Shown here piece by piece: positions 33,702-42,076 of a stretch of DNA of 64,000 nt. Source of the DNA: an uncultured beta proteobacterium. GTDB taxonomy: Bacteria; Pseudomonadota; Gammaproteobacteria; Burkholderiales; Casimicrobiaceae. Location: NCBI GenBank assembly GCA_963712105.1, contig CAVQGR010000014.1:39546-103545 (forward strand), written 5' to 3'. The notes under the pieces are model-generated. The model ran no database searches and had not been told where the DNA came from. It saw only the letters and a program-made list of their open reading frames with translations. The first letter of the stretch is position 1. Each line of letters opens with the position of its first letter. Position numbers and translations under genes: made by a program.

Positions 33702-34478
33702 ATGGCGGCGCGGGCATTGACCCAGGTCAGAGAAGAGGAGCCGGCATTCGTCCTGCACAGCTATCCCTATCGCGAGACCAGCCTGATCGTCGAGGCGTTC
33801 ACCGCGCAATATGGACGCGTGGCGATGGTGGCCCGCGGCGCAAAGCGGCCGCGCTCCGAATTGCGTGGCTTGCTGCAGGCGTTCCAGCCGCTCGCACTGT
33901 CCTTCGCCGGCGCCGGAGAGTTGAAGACGCTGCAGCGCGCGCAGTGGCGCGGCGGGCAGGCCCCCCCCCAGGGTTCGGCGCTGCTGTGCGGTTTCTACCT
34001 GAATGAGTTGCTGCTCAAACTCCTGCTGCGCGAGGACGCGCATCCGGCGTTGTTCGATGCCTATGCGTCGGCGCTGCAGGCGCTTGCCGGGACGCCGCTT
34101 GCGGTGGCGCAGGGTGCGATCCTGCGCCGCTTCGAAGTCAGGCTGCTGGCGGAACTCGGTTATGCGCTGCCACTGTCGCGCGATGCGGATACCGGCGAGG
34201 CGATCGATCCGGATGCGCGGTACCATTATCATTTCGATAGCGGCCCGCGCCGTGCCGACGTCCGGGTGGCACGCGAACCTGGTCTTCGGCGGCCGTTGGT
34301 GCGCGGGGCCACGCTCATCGCACTGGATACCCTGGTATTCGTGGATGCGGACATCGCGACCGAGGCGAAGCACCTGATGCGCGACGTGCTCGATCATCAC
34401 CTCGAAGAACGGCGAATTTTCAGCCGCCGCATCGTGCGTGATCTGCAGGCGCTGGACGAGGAGGGAGTTCCGCAGTGA
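33702..34478 (+). CDS. recO: DNA repair protein RecO
   Basis: The N-terminal AFVLHSYPYRETSLIVEAFT pattern matches the RecO OB-fold region, and the gene lies in era-recO-pdxJ synteny. Confidence 0.88.
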   Translation: MAARALTQVREEEPAFVLHSYPYRETSLIVEAFTAQYGRVAMVARGAKRPRSELRGLLQAFQPLALSFAGAGELKTLQRAQWRGGQAPPQGSALLCGFYLNELLLKLLLREDAHPALFDAYASALQALAGTPLAVAQGAILRRFEVRLLAELGYALPLSRDADTGEAIDPDARYHYHFDSGPRRADVRVAREPGLRRPLVRGATLIALDTLVFVDADIATEAKHLMRDVLDHHLEERRIFSRRIVRDLQALDEEGVPQ

Positions 34479-35221
34479 TCGAACTGGGCGTCAACATCGA
34501 CCACGTAGCGACACTGCGGCAGGCGCGCCGCACCTACGAGCCGGATCCCGTGTGGGCCGCTGTCGAGGCGCATTTGGGCGGCGCCGATGGCATCACCGTC
34601 CACCTGCGCGAAGATCGCAGGCATATCCAGGACGAGGATGTGCGCCGGCTGCGCGAACTCACCCACATCAAGCTCAATCTGGAGATGGCCGCGACGGCCG
34701 AGATGATAGCGATTGCCTGCAAGCTCAAGCCCGAAATGGCCATGCTGGTGCCGGAAGGGCGCCACGAGATCACCACCGAAGGCGGACTCGACGTGGCCGG
34801 GCAGGAGCGGACGCTGCGCGACGTGGTCGGGCGGCTGGGCGACGCCGGCATCGTGACCTCGGTGTTCGTCGACGCGGAGGAGGCCCAGGTTGACGCCGCC
34901 TGGCGCATCGGCGCCAAGGTCTGCGAAGTGCATACCGGACCCTACGCGCATGCGTTTCACGCCAAGGGGCGCGACCCGGAGAGCGCGGCCGTGGTCGCCG
35001 AGCTGGTGCGCATCCGCGCGGCAGGCGAGGCGATACGCGCGCGGGACATGCGCTTCAATGCCGGCCATGCACTCAATTACTTCAACGTGCAGCCGGTGGC
35101 GGCCCTGCCCGGCGTGCGCGAACTGCACATCGGCCATGCCATTGTGGCGCGGAGCATCTTCGTTGGGCTGCGGGAGGCGGTGCGGCAGATGAAGGCACTG
35201 GCGCGGGAGGCGCAGCGCTGA
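34475..35221 (+). CDS. pdxJ: Pyridoxine 5'-phosphate synthase
   Basis: MIELGVNIDHVATLRQAR and ITVHLREDRRHI motifs. The GTG start overlaps the recO stop. Confidence 0.95.
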   Translation: MIELGVNIDHVATLRQARRTYEPDPVWAAVEAHLGGADGITVHLREDRRHIQDEDVRRLRELTHIKLNLEMAATAEMIAIACKLKPEMAMLVPEGRHEITTEGGLDVAGQERTLRDVVGRLGDAGIVTSVFVDAEEAQVDAAWRIGAKVCEVHTGPYAHAFHAKGRDPESAAVVAELVRIRAAGEAIRARDMRFNAGHALNYFNVQPVAALPGVRELHIGHAIVARSIFVGLREAVRQMKALAREAQR

Positions 35222-35243
35222 TCTTGCCCATGGGAGAGACCCT

Positions 35244-36203
35244 TTGCCCTCTGTGAATCGCGCACGCGGACCCATCTTTCTCGGCGTCGAAGGCTGTACG
35301 CTCGACACTGCCGATCGCGAGCGGCTGGCGCACCCGCTGGTGGGCGGCGTGATCCTGTTCACCCGCAATTTCTCCGACTGTGCACAGCTCACGGCGCTGA
35401 CCGCGTCGATTCATGCGTTGCGCACGCCTTCTCTGCTGATCGCCGTCGACCACGAGGGCGGACGGGTGCAGCGCTTTCGCGATGGATTCACGCTGATTCC
35501 GCCGATGCGGTCGCTGGGCGAGCATTGGGATCGCGACGTGGCTGCAGCTTCGGCCGAGGCATTTCGCCTGGGCGAGGTCATGGCGCGCGAACTGCGCGCG
35601 CACGGCGTGGATTTCAGTTTTGCGCCGGTGCTGGACCTTGATTTCGGCGCCAGCACGGTGATCGGCGACCGCGCGTTTCATGCCAATCCCAATGCCGCGG
35701 CGCACCTGGCCTCGTCGCTGCGCCGCGGCCTTGCCGCGGGCGGCTGCGCTGCAGTGGGCAAGCATTTTCCCGGGCATGGCCATGTCGCCGCGGATTCGCA
35801 TGTGGACGTCCCGGTCGACGAACGTCCGCTCGACGCGCTGATTGCGGCAGACCTGGTGCCTTTCGCGGCACTCGCGCGCGAGGGACTGGAGGCGGTGATG
35901 CCGGCGCATGTCATCTTCCCGGCGGTCGATGCGGTGCCTGCCGGCTATTCGCGCATCTGGTTGCAGGACATCCTGCGAGGGCGCCTCGGATTCGACGGCA
36001 TCGTGTTTTCCGACGACCTCGGCATGGCCGGTGCCCATACTGCGGGCAACATGGTGGCGCGTGCCGAGGCCGCCGTATCGGCGGGCTGCGACATGATCCT
36101 CACCTGCAACGACCCCGCGGCTGCGGACCTGCTGCTGTCACGCTGGCGGCCGCCGGTGCAGCCGCGCCTCGACGAACGCACGGCGCGCATGCAGGGGCGT
36201 TGA
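35244..36203 (+). CDS. nagZ: Beta-N-acetylhexosaminidase (GH3, peptidoglycan recycling)
   Basis: LAHPLVGGVILFTRNF, IAVDHEGGRVQRF and KHFPGHG are collinear with E. coli NagZ. The start is either TTG at 35244 or GTG at 35253. Confidence 0.92.
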   Translation: MPSVNRARGPIFLGVEGCTLDTADRERLAHPLVGGVILFTRNFSDCAQLTALTASIHALRTPSLLIAVDHEGGRVQRFRDGFTLIPPMRSLGEHWDRDVAAASAEAFRLGEVMARELRAHGVDFSFAPVLDLDFGASTVIGDRAFHANPNAAAHLASSLRRGLAAGGCAAVGKHFPGHGHVAADSHVDVPVDERPLDALIAADLVPFAALAREGLEAVMPAHVIFPAVDAVPAGYSRIWLQDILRGRLGFDGIVFSDDLGMAGAHTAGNMVARAEAAVSAGCDMILTCNDPAAADLLLSRWRPPVQPRLDERTARMQGR

Positions 36204-36296
36204 ACGCGCGCGCTGTGCCGTGGCCCGATAGGGAAGGGCGTTTGCGGCATCCGTGACGCGGTGGCAGGCGGTTGATTATGTTGACGTAAAATAGCC

Positions 36297-36334
36297 GGAT
36301 ATGGGCGAAAATACCGTACAAATGGCCCATATCC
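36297..36334. repeat. Perfect 10-bp inverted repeat with an 18-nt loop in an AT-rich patch
   Basis: GGATATGGGC (36297-36306) pairs with GCCCATATCC (36325-36334). It lies in the ~330-bp non-coding stretch after nagZ. Its function is unknown. Confidence 0.8.
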
Positions 36335-36535
36335 TGTGATCAGGTCGCCGTTCGTCGCCTCGCCCTGCCAGCGTCATGGGTACGGAATGCCTCTTGCTTT
36401 GGTACCCGATGCCGGCGTGTTGGTGCTGCCGGGTCGCATTGCCTGCAGGCGTGATCGCGGGTGGGATGTGGCCCACGCGGCCATGGCGTGATGCCTCAGC
36501 GCGGGTCGGCCTGTCCTTCGAACGGGGAGCAAGGA

Positions 36536-36679
36536 ATGCTGGTCTCCATCTGGTGGGTCTTGGTTGCACTGGTTCTCGGCGGTACCTTCGGCGTTGTGGC
36601 GCTCGGTCTACTTTCGGCCACGGTCGATGAGGACGAAAATGAAGTCCTGAACTACGACATCCCGAATCCGACGCGCTAG
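36536..36679 (+). CDS. Hypothetical 47-aa single-TM protein
   Basis: The ATG at 36536 is preceded by GGGGAG with a 6-nt spacer. The product reads MLVSIWWVLVALVLGGTFGVVALGLLSATVDEDENEVLNYDIPNPTR, one hydrophobic helix plus an acidic tail. No family was recognised. Its stop overlaps the convergent iclR stop within CTAG. Confidence 0.3.
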   Translation: MLVSIWWVLVALVLGGTFGVVALGLLSATVDEDENEVLNYDIPNPTR

Positions 36680-37527
36680 GTCTCGCCGGCGCGGCGGCCG
36701 TGCGGCCAACGGCCGCCCAGGCGCAGCGTGAGTTCCTCCGCGGTGTGGGCGACAAGCGTTCCCAGCTGGCGGATGCGTTCGTCGGGTAGCCGCGATGACG
36801 GACCGGCCAGGGAAATCGCTCCCAGCGCTTCGGCATGCTCGTCGTAGATGGGCGCGGCGACACAGCGGGTGCCCAGCGCATGTTCCTCGTCGTCGAACGA
36901 CCAGCCGCGCTGGCGAATGACGCGAACGGCGGACCACATGGTCTCCGGCGAAGTGATGGTGTTTCCGGTGATCCGCTGCAGGCCCTTTACCTTCAGGATG
37001 GCGTCGATCTGCTCGTCGGGCAGCGCGGCGAAGATCGCCTTGCCCACACCGGAGGCGTGCAGCGGCACACGGCTGCCCAGTTTGACGATGGTGCGCATCA
37101 TCTCCCGGCACTGCACCTGGTCGATGAATACCGCTTCGGTGCCGTCGAGAATGCCCAGGTTGGCTGTTTCGCCCGATTGCTCCATCAAGCGGCGCAGGTA
37201 CGGATGGCTCTGCTCGACGAAATCGCGATTGGCCAGGAAACTCGAGCCGACGGCGAAGGCCTGCAGCCCGATGTACCAGCGGCCCATTTCGCCGCCCTGA
37301 TAGACGTAGCCCATTTTTTCCAGCGTAGCGAGCAGTCGATGTGCGGTCGACGGTGCCAGCGTCACGCGCTGCGCCAGGTCGGTGAGCGTCAGGCCGCCTT
37401 CGGCACGGGCAAGCGCCTCGAGCAGGTTGAGACCGCGTGTCAGGCTCTGTACCTGGGCGGTGGTGGTTCCGGCCTTGCCGGGGGTGCGGCCGCGCTTGGG
37501 CGGGACGGGGGAGGGGCGATTGAGCAT
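36676..37527 (-). CDS. IclR-family transcriptional regulator
   Basis: HTH segment VQSLTRGLNLLEALARAEGGLTLTDLAQRVTLAPSTAHRLLATLEKMGYV plus a C-terminal IclR effector domain. Confidence 0.9.
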   Translation of the reverse strand: MLNRPSPVPPKRGRTPGKAGTTTAQVQSLTRGLNLLEALARAEGGLTLTDLAQRVTLAPSTAHRLLATLEKMGYVYQGGEMGRWYIGLQAFAVGSSFLANRDFVEQSHPYLRRLMEQSGETANLGILDGTEAVFIDQVQCREMMRTIVKLGSRVPLHASGVGKAIFAALPDEQIDAILKVKGLQRITGNTITSPETMWSAVRVIRQRGWSFDDEEHALGTRCVAAPIYDEHAEALGAISLAGPSSRLPDERIRQLGTLVAHTAEELTLRLGGRWPHGRRAGET

Positions 37528-37553
37528 GGGAAGGTGTCGTCATAGGCCGCGCG

Positions 37554-40331
37554 TCAGGTCGCAGCGCAGCCTGCACGGGCGGGGTTCAACTGAGCTGCAC
37601 AGAATTTGAATTCCGGAATCTTGCCCTGCGGGTCGAGTGCGGCGTTGGTGAGCAGGTTGGCCGCAGCCTCGTGGAAGCAGAAGGGTAGAAATACCACGTT
37701 CGGGGGCAGACCGGGGTCGGCGCGCGCACGCAGGGTCACCGATCCGCGCCGCGTCGACACACGCACATAATCGCCGGGTGCTACGGCCATGGCCGTCAAT
37801 GTACTCGGCGCAAGATGCACGACCGGGTCCGGTTCAAGCGCGTCCAGAACGCGGGTGCGGCGGGTCATCACGCCGGTATGCCAGTGCTCAAGTTCGCGGC
37901 CGGTGATCAGCGTGTACGGATACGCGGCGTCGGGCAGCTCGGCGGCGGGTGAAGCTGTGACCGGGACCAGGCGCCCGCGTCCGCTGGCAGTTGGAAAACG
38001 GTCGGTGAAAACAATCGGTTCGCCTGGCGCGTCCTCGTCCGGGCGGGGATAGACCAGCGAGTCCTCGCGCGCGAGCCGGTCCCAGGTCATGCCACCCAGC
38101 GACGGCATCGCCCGGCGCATTTCGTCGAACACCGTTGCGACGCCGTGATGCCCGCCGGTGTAATCCCATTCGAGCCCGAGGCGCCGCGCGAGCTGCTGAA
38201 TGATCCACAGGTCGGCGCGCGCGTCGCCCGGGAGTTCGAGAACCGGGCGCCCCAGTTGCACCGTGCGATCGGTGTTGGTGAAGCTGCCGGATTTTTCCAG
38301 GAAAGACGACGCCGGCAGGATCACATCGGCGAAACCCGCGGTCTCGGTCGGGAAGATGTCCTGCACGACCAGGTGTTCCAGCCGGGCGAAGGCCACCCGC
38401 GCGCGTGCGACGTCGGGGTCCGACATGGCCGGGTTCTCGCCCATGATCAACATGCCGCGGATGGTCCCCGCATGGATGGCTTCGGTGATTTCGACCACCG
38501 TCAGCCCGGGGTGCGCGTCGAGCGAAGCATTCCAGTAGCGCTCGAACCAGGCGCGCGCCTGAGCGTCGCCGACCGGCTGATAATCCGGCAGCACCATGGG
38601 GATCAGGCCTGCATCCGAGGCACCCTGCACATTGTTCTGGCCGCGCAGCGGGTGCAGGCCGGTGCCCGGACGGCCGATCTGGCCGGTAATGAGCGCCAGC
38701 GCGATCAGGCAGCGTGCGTTGTCGGTGCCATGCGTGTGCTGCGAGATGCCCATCCCCCACAGAATCATGGCTGCCGATGCCTGTGCATAGCGGCGGGCGA
38801 CGTCGCGCAGGACGTCGGCGGCAATGCCGCAGACGGGGGCCATCGCCTCGGGTGTCGCGTTGCGCACACTCTGCGCGAGCGCCTCGAAGTCGCTGGTCCG
38901 CTCGCGCACGAATCTGTGGTCGACCAGGTCCTCATTGATGATGACGTGCAGCAACGCCTGCAGCATCGCCACGTCGGTGTCGGGGCGAAAGCCGAGGTGG
39001 ATGCGCGCATGACGGGCGAGTTCGTTACGACGGGGATCGGCGACGACCAGTGTCGCGCCGCGGCGGGCCGCATTCTTGATCCACGTCGCCGCCACCGGAT
39101 GGTTCGAGGTCGGATGCGCGCCGATCACCAGGATGAAGTCGGCATGCGCGACATCGCGGACCGGGTTGGACACCGCGGCCGAGCCGATGCCCTCCAGCAG
39201 CGCAGCGACGGACGACGCGTGACACAGGCGCGTGCAATGGTCGACATTGTTGCTGCGCAAGCCGGTGCGCACCAGCTTCTGGAACAGATAGGCCTCCTCG
39301 TTGCTGCCCTTGGCCGAGCCGAAGCCGGCCAGCGACCCCGGGCCGGTCGAGTCGCGTAGCGTGACCAGTCCGGCGGCGGCACGGTCGAGTGCCTCGTCCC
39401 AGGACGCTTCGCGGAATACCTCGGCAAAGCGTGCCGGCGGCACGATATCCGTCGATTTTGCGACGCCGTCGCGGCGGATAAGCGGCCGGGTAAGTCGTTG
39501 CGGATGCGCGGTGTAGTCGAAGCCGTAGCGACCCTTGACACACAGCCGCGACGCGTTGGCCGGGCCGTCGCGGCCCTCGACCCAGGCGATCCTGCCGTCT
39601 TTGACGTGATAGCTGACCTGGCAGCCGACGCCGCAGTACGGACACAGCGAGTCGACGCTGCGCTCGGGTGCCCGGGCGGCGACGCCGGCCATGGGCGCCA
39701 GCGCACCGGTCGGACAGGCCTGTACGCATTCGCCGCAGGCGACGCAGGAGCTGGCCCCCAGAGGATCGGCGACGTCGAAAACAATGGCGCTGGCAGCGCC
39801 GCGATGCGCCATTCCGATCACGTCGTTGCCCTGCACCTCACGGCAGGCACGCACGCAGCGCGTGCACTGGATACAGGCGTCGAGGTTGACGGCGATGGCC
39901 GGGTGCGAGACATCGGGTGCGGGCGGGTTGGTCGCCCGGGGAAAGCGTGAACCCGGCAGGCCCAATTCGCGTGCCCAATGCGCGAGTTCGGAATCGTGGC
40001 GATACGGCGCGGTGAGCGCATCCGCCGGCAGGTCGGTGAGCAGCAGTTCGATCACCGTGCGGCGGGCACCGAGCGCCCGCTCAGACGCGGCGCGCACCTG
40101 CATGCCGGGCGAGGGTGCCCGGCAACAGGAGGGCGCCAGCACGCGCTCGCCGTCGATTTCCACCACACAGGCGCGGCAGTTGCCGTCGGCGCGATAGCTT
40201 TCCTTCCAGCACAGGTGAGGAATGGCGATGCCCGCGCGCGCTGCGGCGGTCAGGATGGTGTCGCCTGCAGTCGCGGCGACAGGCACGCCGTCGAGCTCGA
40301 AGCGGAAGGCCGATTTGCCGCCGCCCGTCAT
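37554..40331 (-). CDS. fdsA: NAD-type formate dehydrogenase alpha subunit (molybdo/tungstopterin, Cys-type)
   Basis: An N-terminal 2Fe-2S segment (HLCWKESYRADGNCRACVV) and ferredoxin motifs (CIQCTRCVRAC, CVACGECVQACP). Also the MopB 4Fe-4S motif SLCPYCGVGC and an active-site Cys-His pair in HCTRLCHASSV. There is no in-frame TGA. I prefer the ATG at 40331; 40349 is an alternative. Confidence 0.88.
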   Translation of the reverse strand: MTGGGKSAFRFELDGVPVAATAGDTILTAAARAGIAIPHLCWKESYRADGNCRACVVEIDGERVLAPSCCRAPSPGMQVRAASERALGARRTVIELLLTDLPADALTAPYRHDSELAHWARELGLPGSRFPRATNPPAPDVSHPAIAVNLDACIQCTRCVRACREVQGNDVIGMAHRGAASAIVFDVADPLGASSCVACGECVQACPTGALAPMAGVAARAPERSVDSLCPYCGVGCQVSYHVKDGRIAWVEGRDGPANASRLCVKGRYGFDYTAHPQRLTRPLIRRDGVAKSTDIVPPARFAEVFREASWDEALDRAAAGLVTLRDSTGPGSLAGFGSAKGSNEEAYLFQKLVRTGLRSNNVDHCTRLCHASSVAALLEGIGSAAVSNPVRDVAHADFILVIGAHPTSNHPVAATWIKNAARRGATLVVADPRRNELARHARIHLGFRPDTDVAMLQALLHVIINEDLVDHRFVRERTSDFEALAQSVRNATPEAMAPVCGIAADVLRDVARRYAQASAAMILWGMGISQHTHGTDNARCLIALALITGQIGRPGTGLHPLRGQNNVQGASDAGLIPMVLPDYQPVGDAQARAWFERYWNASLDAHPGLTVVEITEAIHAGTIRGMLIMGENPAMSDPDVARARVAFARLEHLVVQDIFPTETAGFADVILPASSFLEKSGSFTNTDRTVQLGRPVLELPGDARADLWIIQQLARRLGLEWDYTGGHHGVATVFDEMRRAMPSLGGMTWDRLAREDSLVYPRPDEDAPGEPIVFTDRFPTASGRGRLVPVTASPAAELPDAAYPYTLITGRELEHWHTGVMTRRTRVLDALEPDPVVHLAPSTLTAMAVAPGDYVRVSTRRGSVTLRARADPGLPPNVVFLPFCFHEAAANLLTNAALDPQGKIPEFKFCAAQLNPARAGCAAT

Positions 40332-40335
40332 GGCG

Positions 40336-42030
40336 TCACCGCTGCTCATCGGCAAAATGGCGCAGCACCGAGCGAATGGGATTGGGCGCCGCCTGACCGA
40401 GGCCGCAGATCGACGCATCGGCCATTGCCGCGCAGAGTTCCTCGAGCAGCGCGGCGTCCCATTGCGGTGCGCGCATCAGTTCGACTGCCTTTGCCGTTCC
40501 GACGCGGCAGGGCGTGCACTGGCCGCAGGACTCGTCGCGGAAAAAGGCCAGCAGGTTGCGCGCTGCGTCGCTCGCGCGGTCGTGCTGTGACAGCACGATC
40601 AGCGCACCGGAGCCAACAAAGCAGTCGTGCGCGGCCAGCGCTTCGAAGTCCAGCGGCAGGTCGGCCAACGCCGCCGGCAGGATGCCGCCGGAGGCGCCGC
40701 CGGGCAGATAGGCGTACAGCCGATGACCGGGTACCATGCCGCCGGCGAATTCGTCGATCAGTTCGCGCGCGGTGATGCCCGCCGGCGCCACGTGAACGCC
40801 GGGCCGGGCGACGCGTCCCGACACCGAGAATGCGCGCATGCCGCTGTGCCCGCGACGCCCCTGCGCTGCGAACCAGGTGCCGCCGTGCTCGAGGATTGCC
40901 GGAATCCAGTGCAGCGTTTCGAGGTTGTGCTCGAGCGTGGGCCGGCCGAACAGTCCGCGTTGCGCGACGTAGGGCGGACGCAGTCGGGGCAGGCCGCGTT
41001 TGCCCTCGATCGACTCGATCATCGCCGACTCCTCGCCGCAGATGTACGCACCGGCGCCGCGCCGCAGTTCGATTTGCGGCAGCGCGTGGCCCGGGACCGG
41101 GGGATCGCTGCACAAGGCGGCGATCTCGCGGGCCAGCAGCGCGCGTTCGGCATGGTATTCGTCGCGCACGTAGATATGCACGGTGGCGGCCTCGACCGCC
41201 TGTGCGGCGATGAGCATGCCTTCGAGAAAGGCATGCGGGTCCGATGCGAGGAAATGGCGATCCTTGAAGGTGCCGGGTTCACCTTCGTCGACATTGACCG
41301 CGAACTGCCGGGGTGTCGCCTCCGCGCGCACCGCGCGCCACTTGCGCGCCACCGGAAAACCGGCGCCACCCAGACCGCGCAGGCCGGCGGCCTCGAGTTC
41401 GGCGATGACCGTATCCATGTTCAGCGCGCCGCCGGCCACCCGTGCGTACTGGCCATAGCCGCCGCGCGCCCGGGCCTGCGCATAATCGACGGCGGCAGGC
41501 GCCGGATCGTCACGGTGTTCCGCAGCCAGCGCCGCGGCGATCATGGCGGCGTCGGCATGCAGCACGTGGCGGCGGCCGACCACGGCCGCCGGCGCGCTGT
41601 CGCAGCGGCCGATGCACGGCGCCTCCAGCACACGCACGCCGGGAGCAAACGCGCGCAGGCAATCCCGGTGCAGGGCAGCGCCGCCGGCCAGCGCGCAGGA
41701 CAGCGACGTGCAGATGCGCACGGTGGCGGCGGGCGGCGGCGTCTCGCCGTCGTCGACGACGTCGAAGTGATGGTAGAAGCTTGCGACTTCGTAGACCTCG
41801 ACCGGTGCCAGCGCCAGCAGGTCGGCGAGCGCCACCAGTTCGTCGGCGCGCAGATGCCCGTTGCCGTCCTGGAGGATGTGCAGGTATTCGATCAGCAGGT
41901 CGCGGCGCCGGGGCAGATGTCCGATGCCGGCGGCGACCCGCGTGCGGACCTCGGGGTCGGCGCGGCGGCCCTTCGGATGCGCTCGAAACGTCAGCGGTCG
42001 TGAATCGTTGTACGTGGACATGATGGCCAT
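40336..42030 (-). CDS. fdsB: Formate dehydrogenase beta subunit, fused NuoE-like and NuoF-like domains
   Basis: The N-terminal part is thioredoxin-like 2Fe-2S (ICTSLSCALAGG...APCIGRCDSAP). It is followed by the NuoF-like FMN/NADH site GLGGAGFPVARKW and the 4Fe-4S motif ESCGQCTPCRVG. Confidence 0.88.
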   Translation of the reverse strand: MAIMSTYNDSRPLTFRAHPKGRRADPEVRTRVAAGIGHLPRRRDLLIEYLHILQDGNGHLRADELVALADLLALAPVEVYEVASFYHHFDVVDDGETPPPAATVRICTSLSCALAGGAALHRDCLRAFAPGVRVLEAPCIGRCDSAPAAVVGRRHVLHADAAMIAAALAAEHRDDPAPAAVDYAQARARGGYGQYARVAGGALNMDTVIAELEAAGLRGLGGAGFPVARKWRAVRAEATPRQFAVNVDEGEPGTFKDRHFLASDPHAFLEGMLIAAQAVEAATVHIYVRDEYHAERALLAREIAALCSDPPVPGHALPQIELRRGAGAYICGEESAMIESIEGKRGLPRLRPPYVAQRGLFGRPTLEHNLETLHWIPAILEHGGTWFAAQGRRGHSGMRAFSVSGRVARPGVHVAPAGITARELIDEFAGGMVPGHRLYAYLPGGASGGILPAALADLPLDFEALAAHDCFVGSGALIVLSQHDRASDAARNLLAFFRDESCGQCTPCRVGTAKAVELMRAPQWDAALLEELCAAMADASICGLGQAAPNPIRSVLRHFADEQR

Positions 42031-42076
42031 TGGCCCCGTCCGGCACGGCGCGGTGGTCGTGCGATGCGGAGTCGGA

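Noticed and set aside
36276-36881. ORFs in the nagZ-iclR spacer: 36276..36881 (-, 201 aa), 36376..36630 (+, 84 aa) and 36100..36330 (-).
   Set aside because: They are Arg/Pro/Trp-rich, have no ribosome-binding site and no domain resemblance, and overlap the well-supported iclR gene. Only the 47-aa TM ORF is retained, at low confidence.
37554-40331. Possible selenocysteine (in-frame TGA) in the formate dehydrogenase alpha subunit.
   Set aside because: The reading frame is uninterrupted, and the ligand position is Cys (RLCHASS). No SECIS-like recoding is needed.
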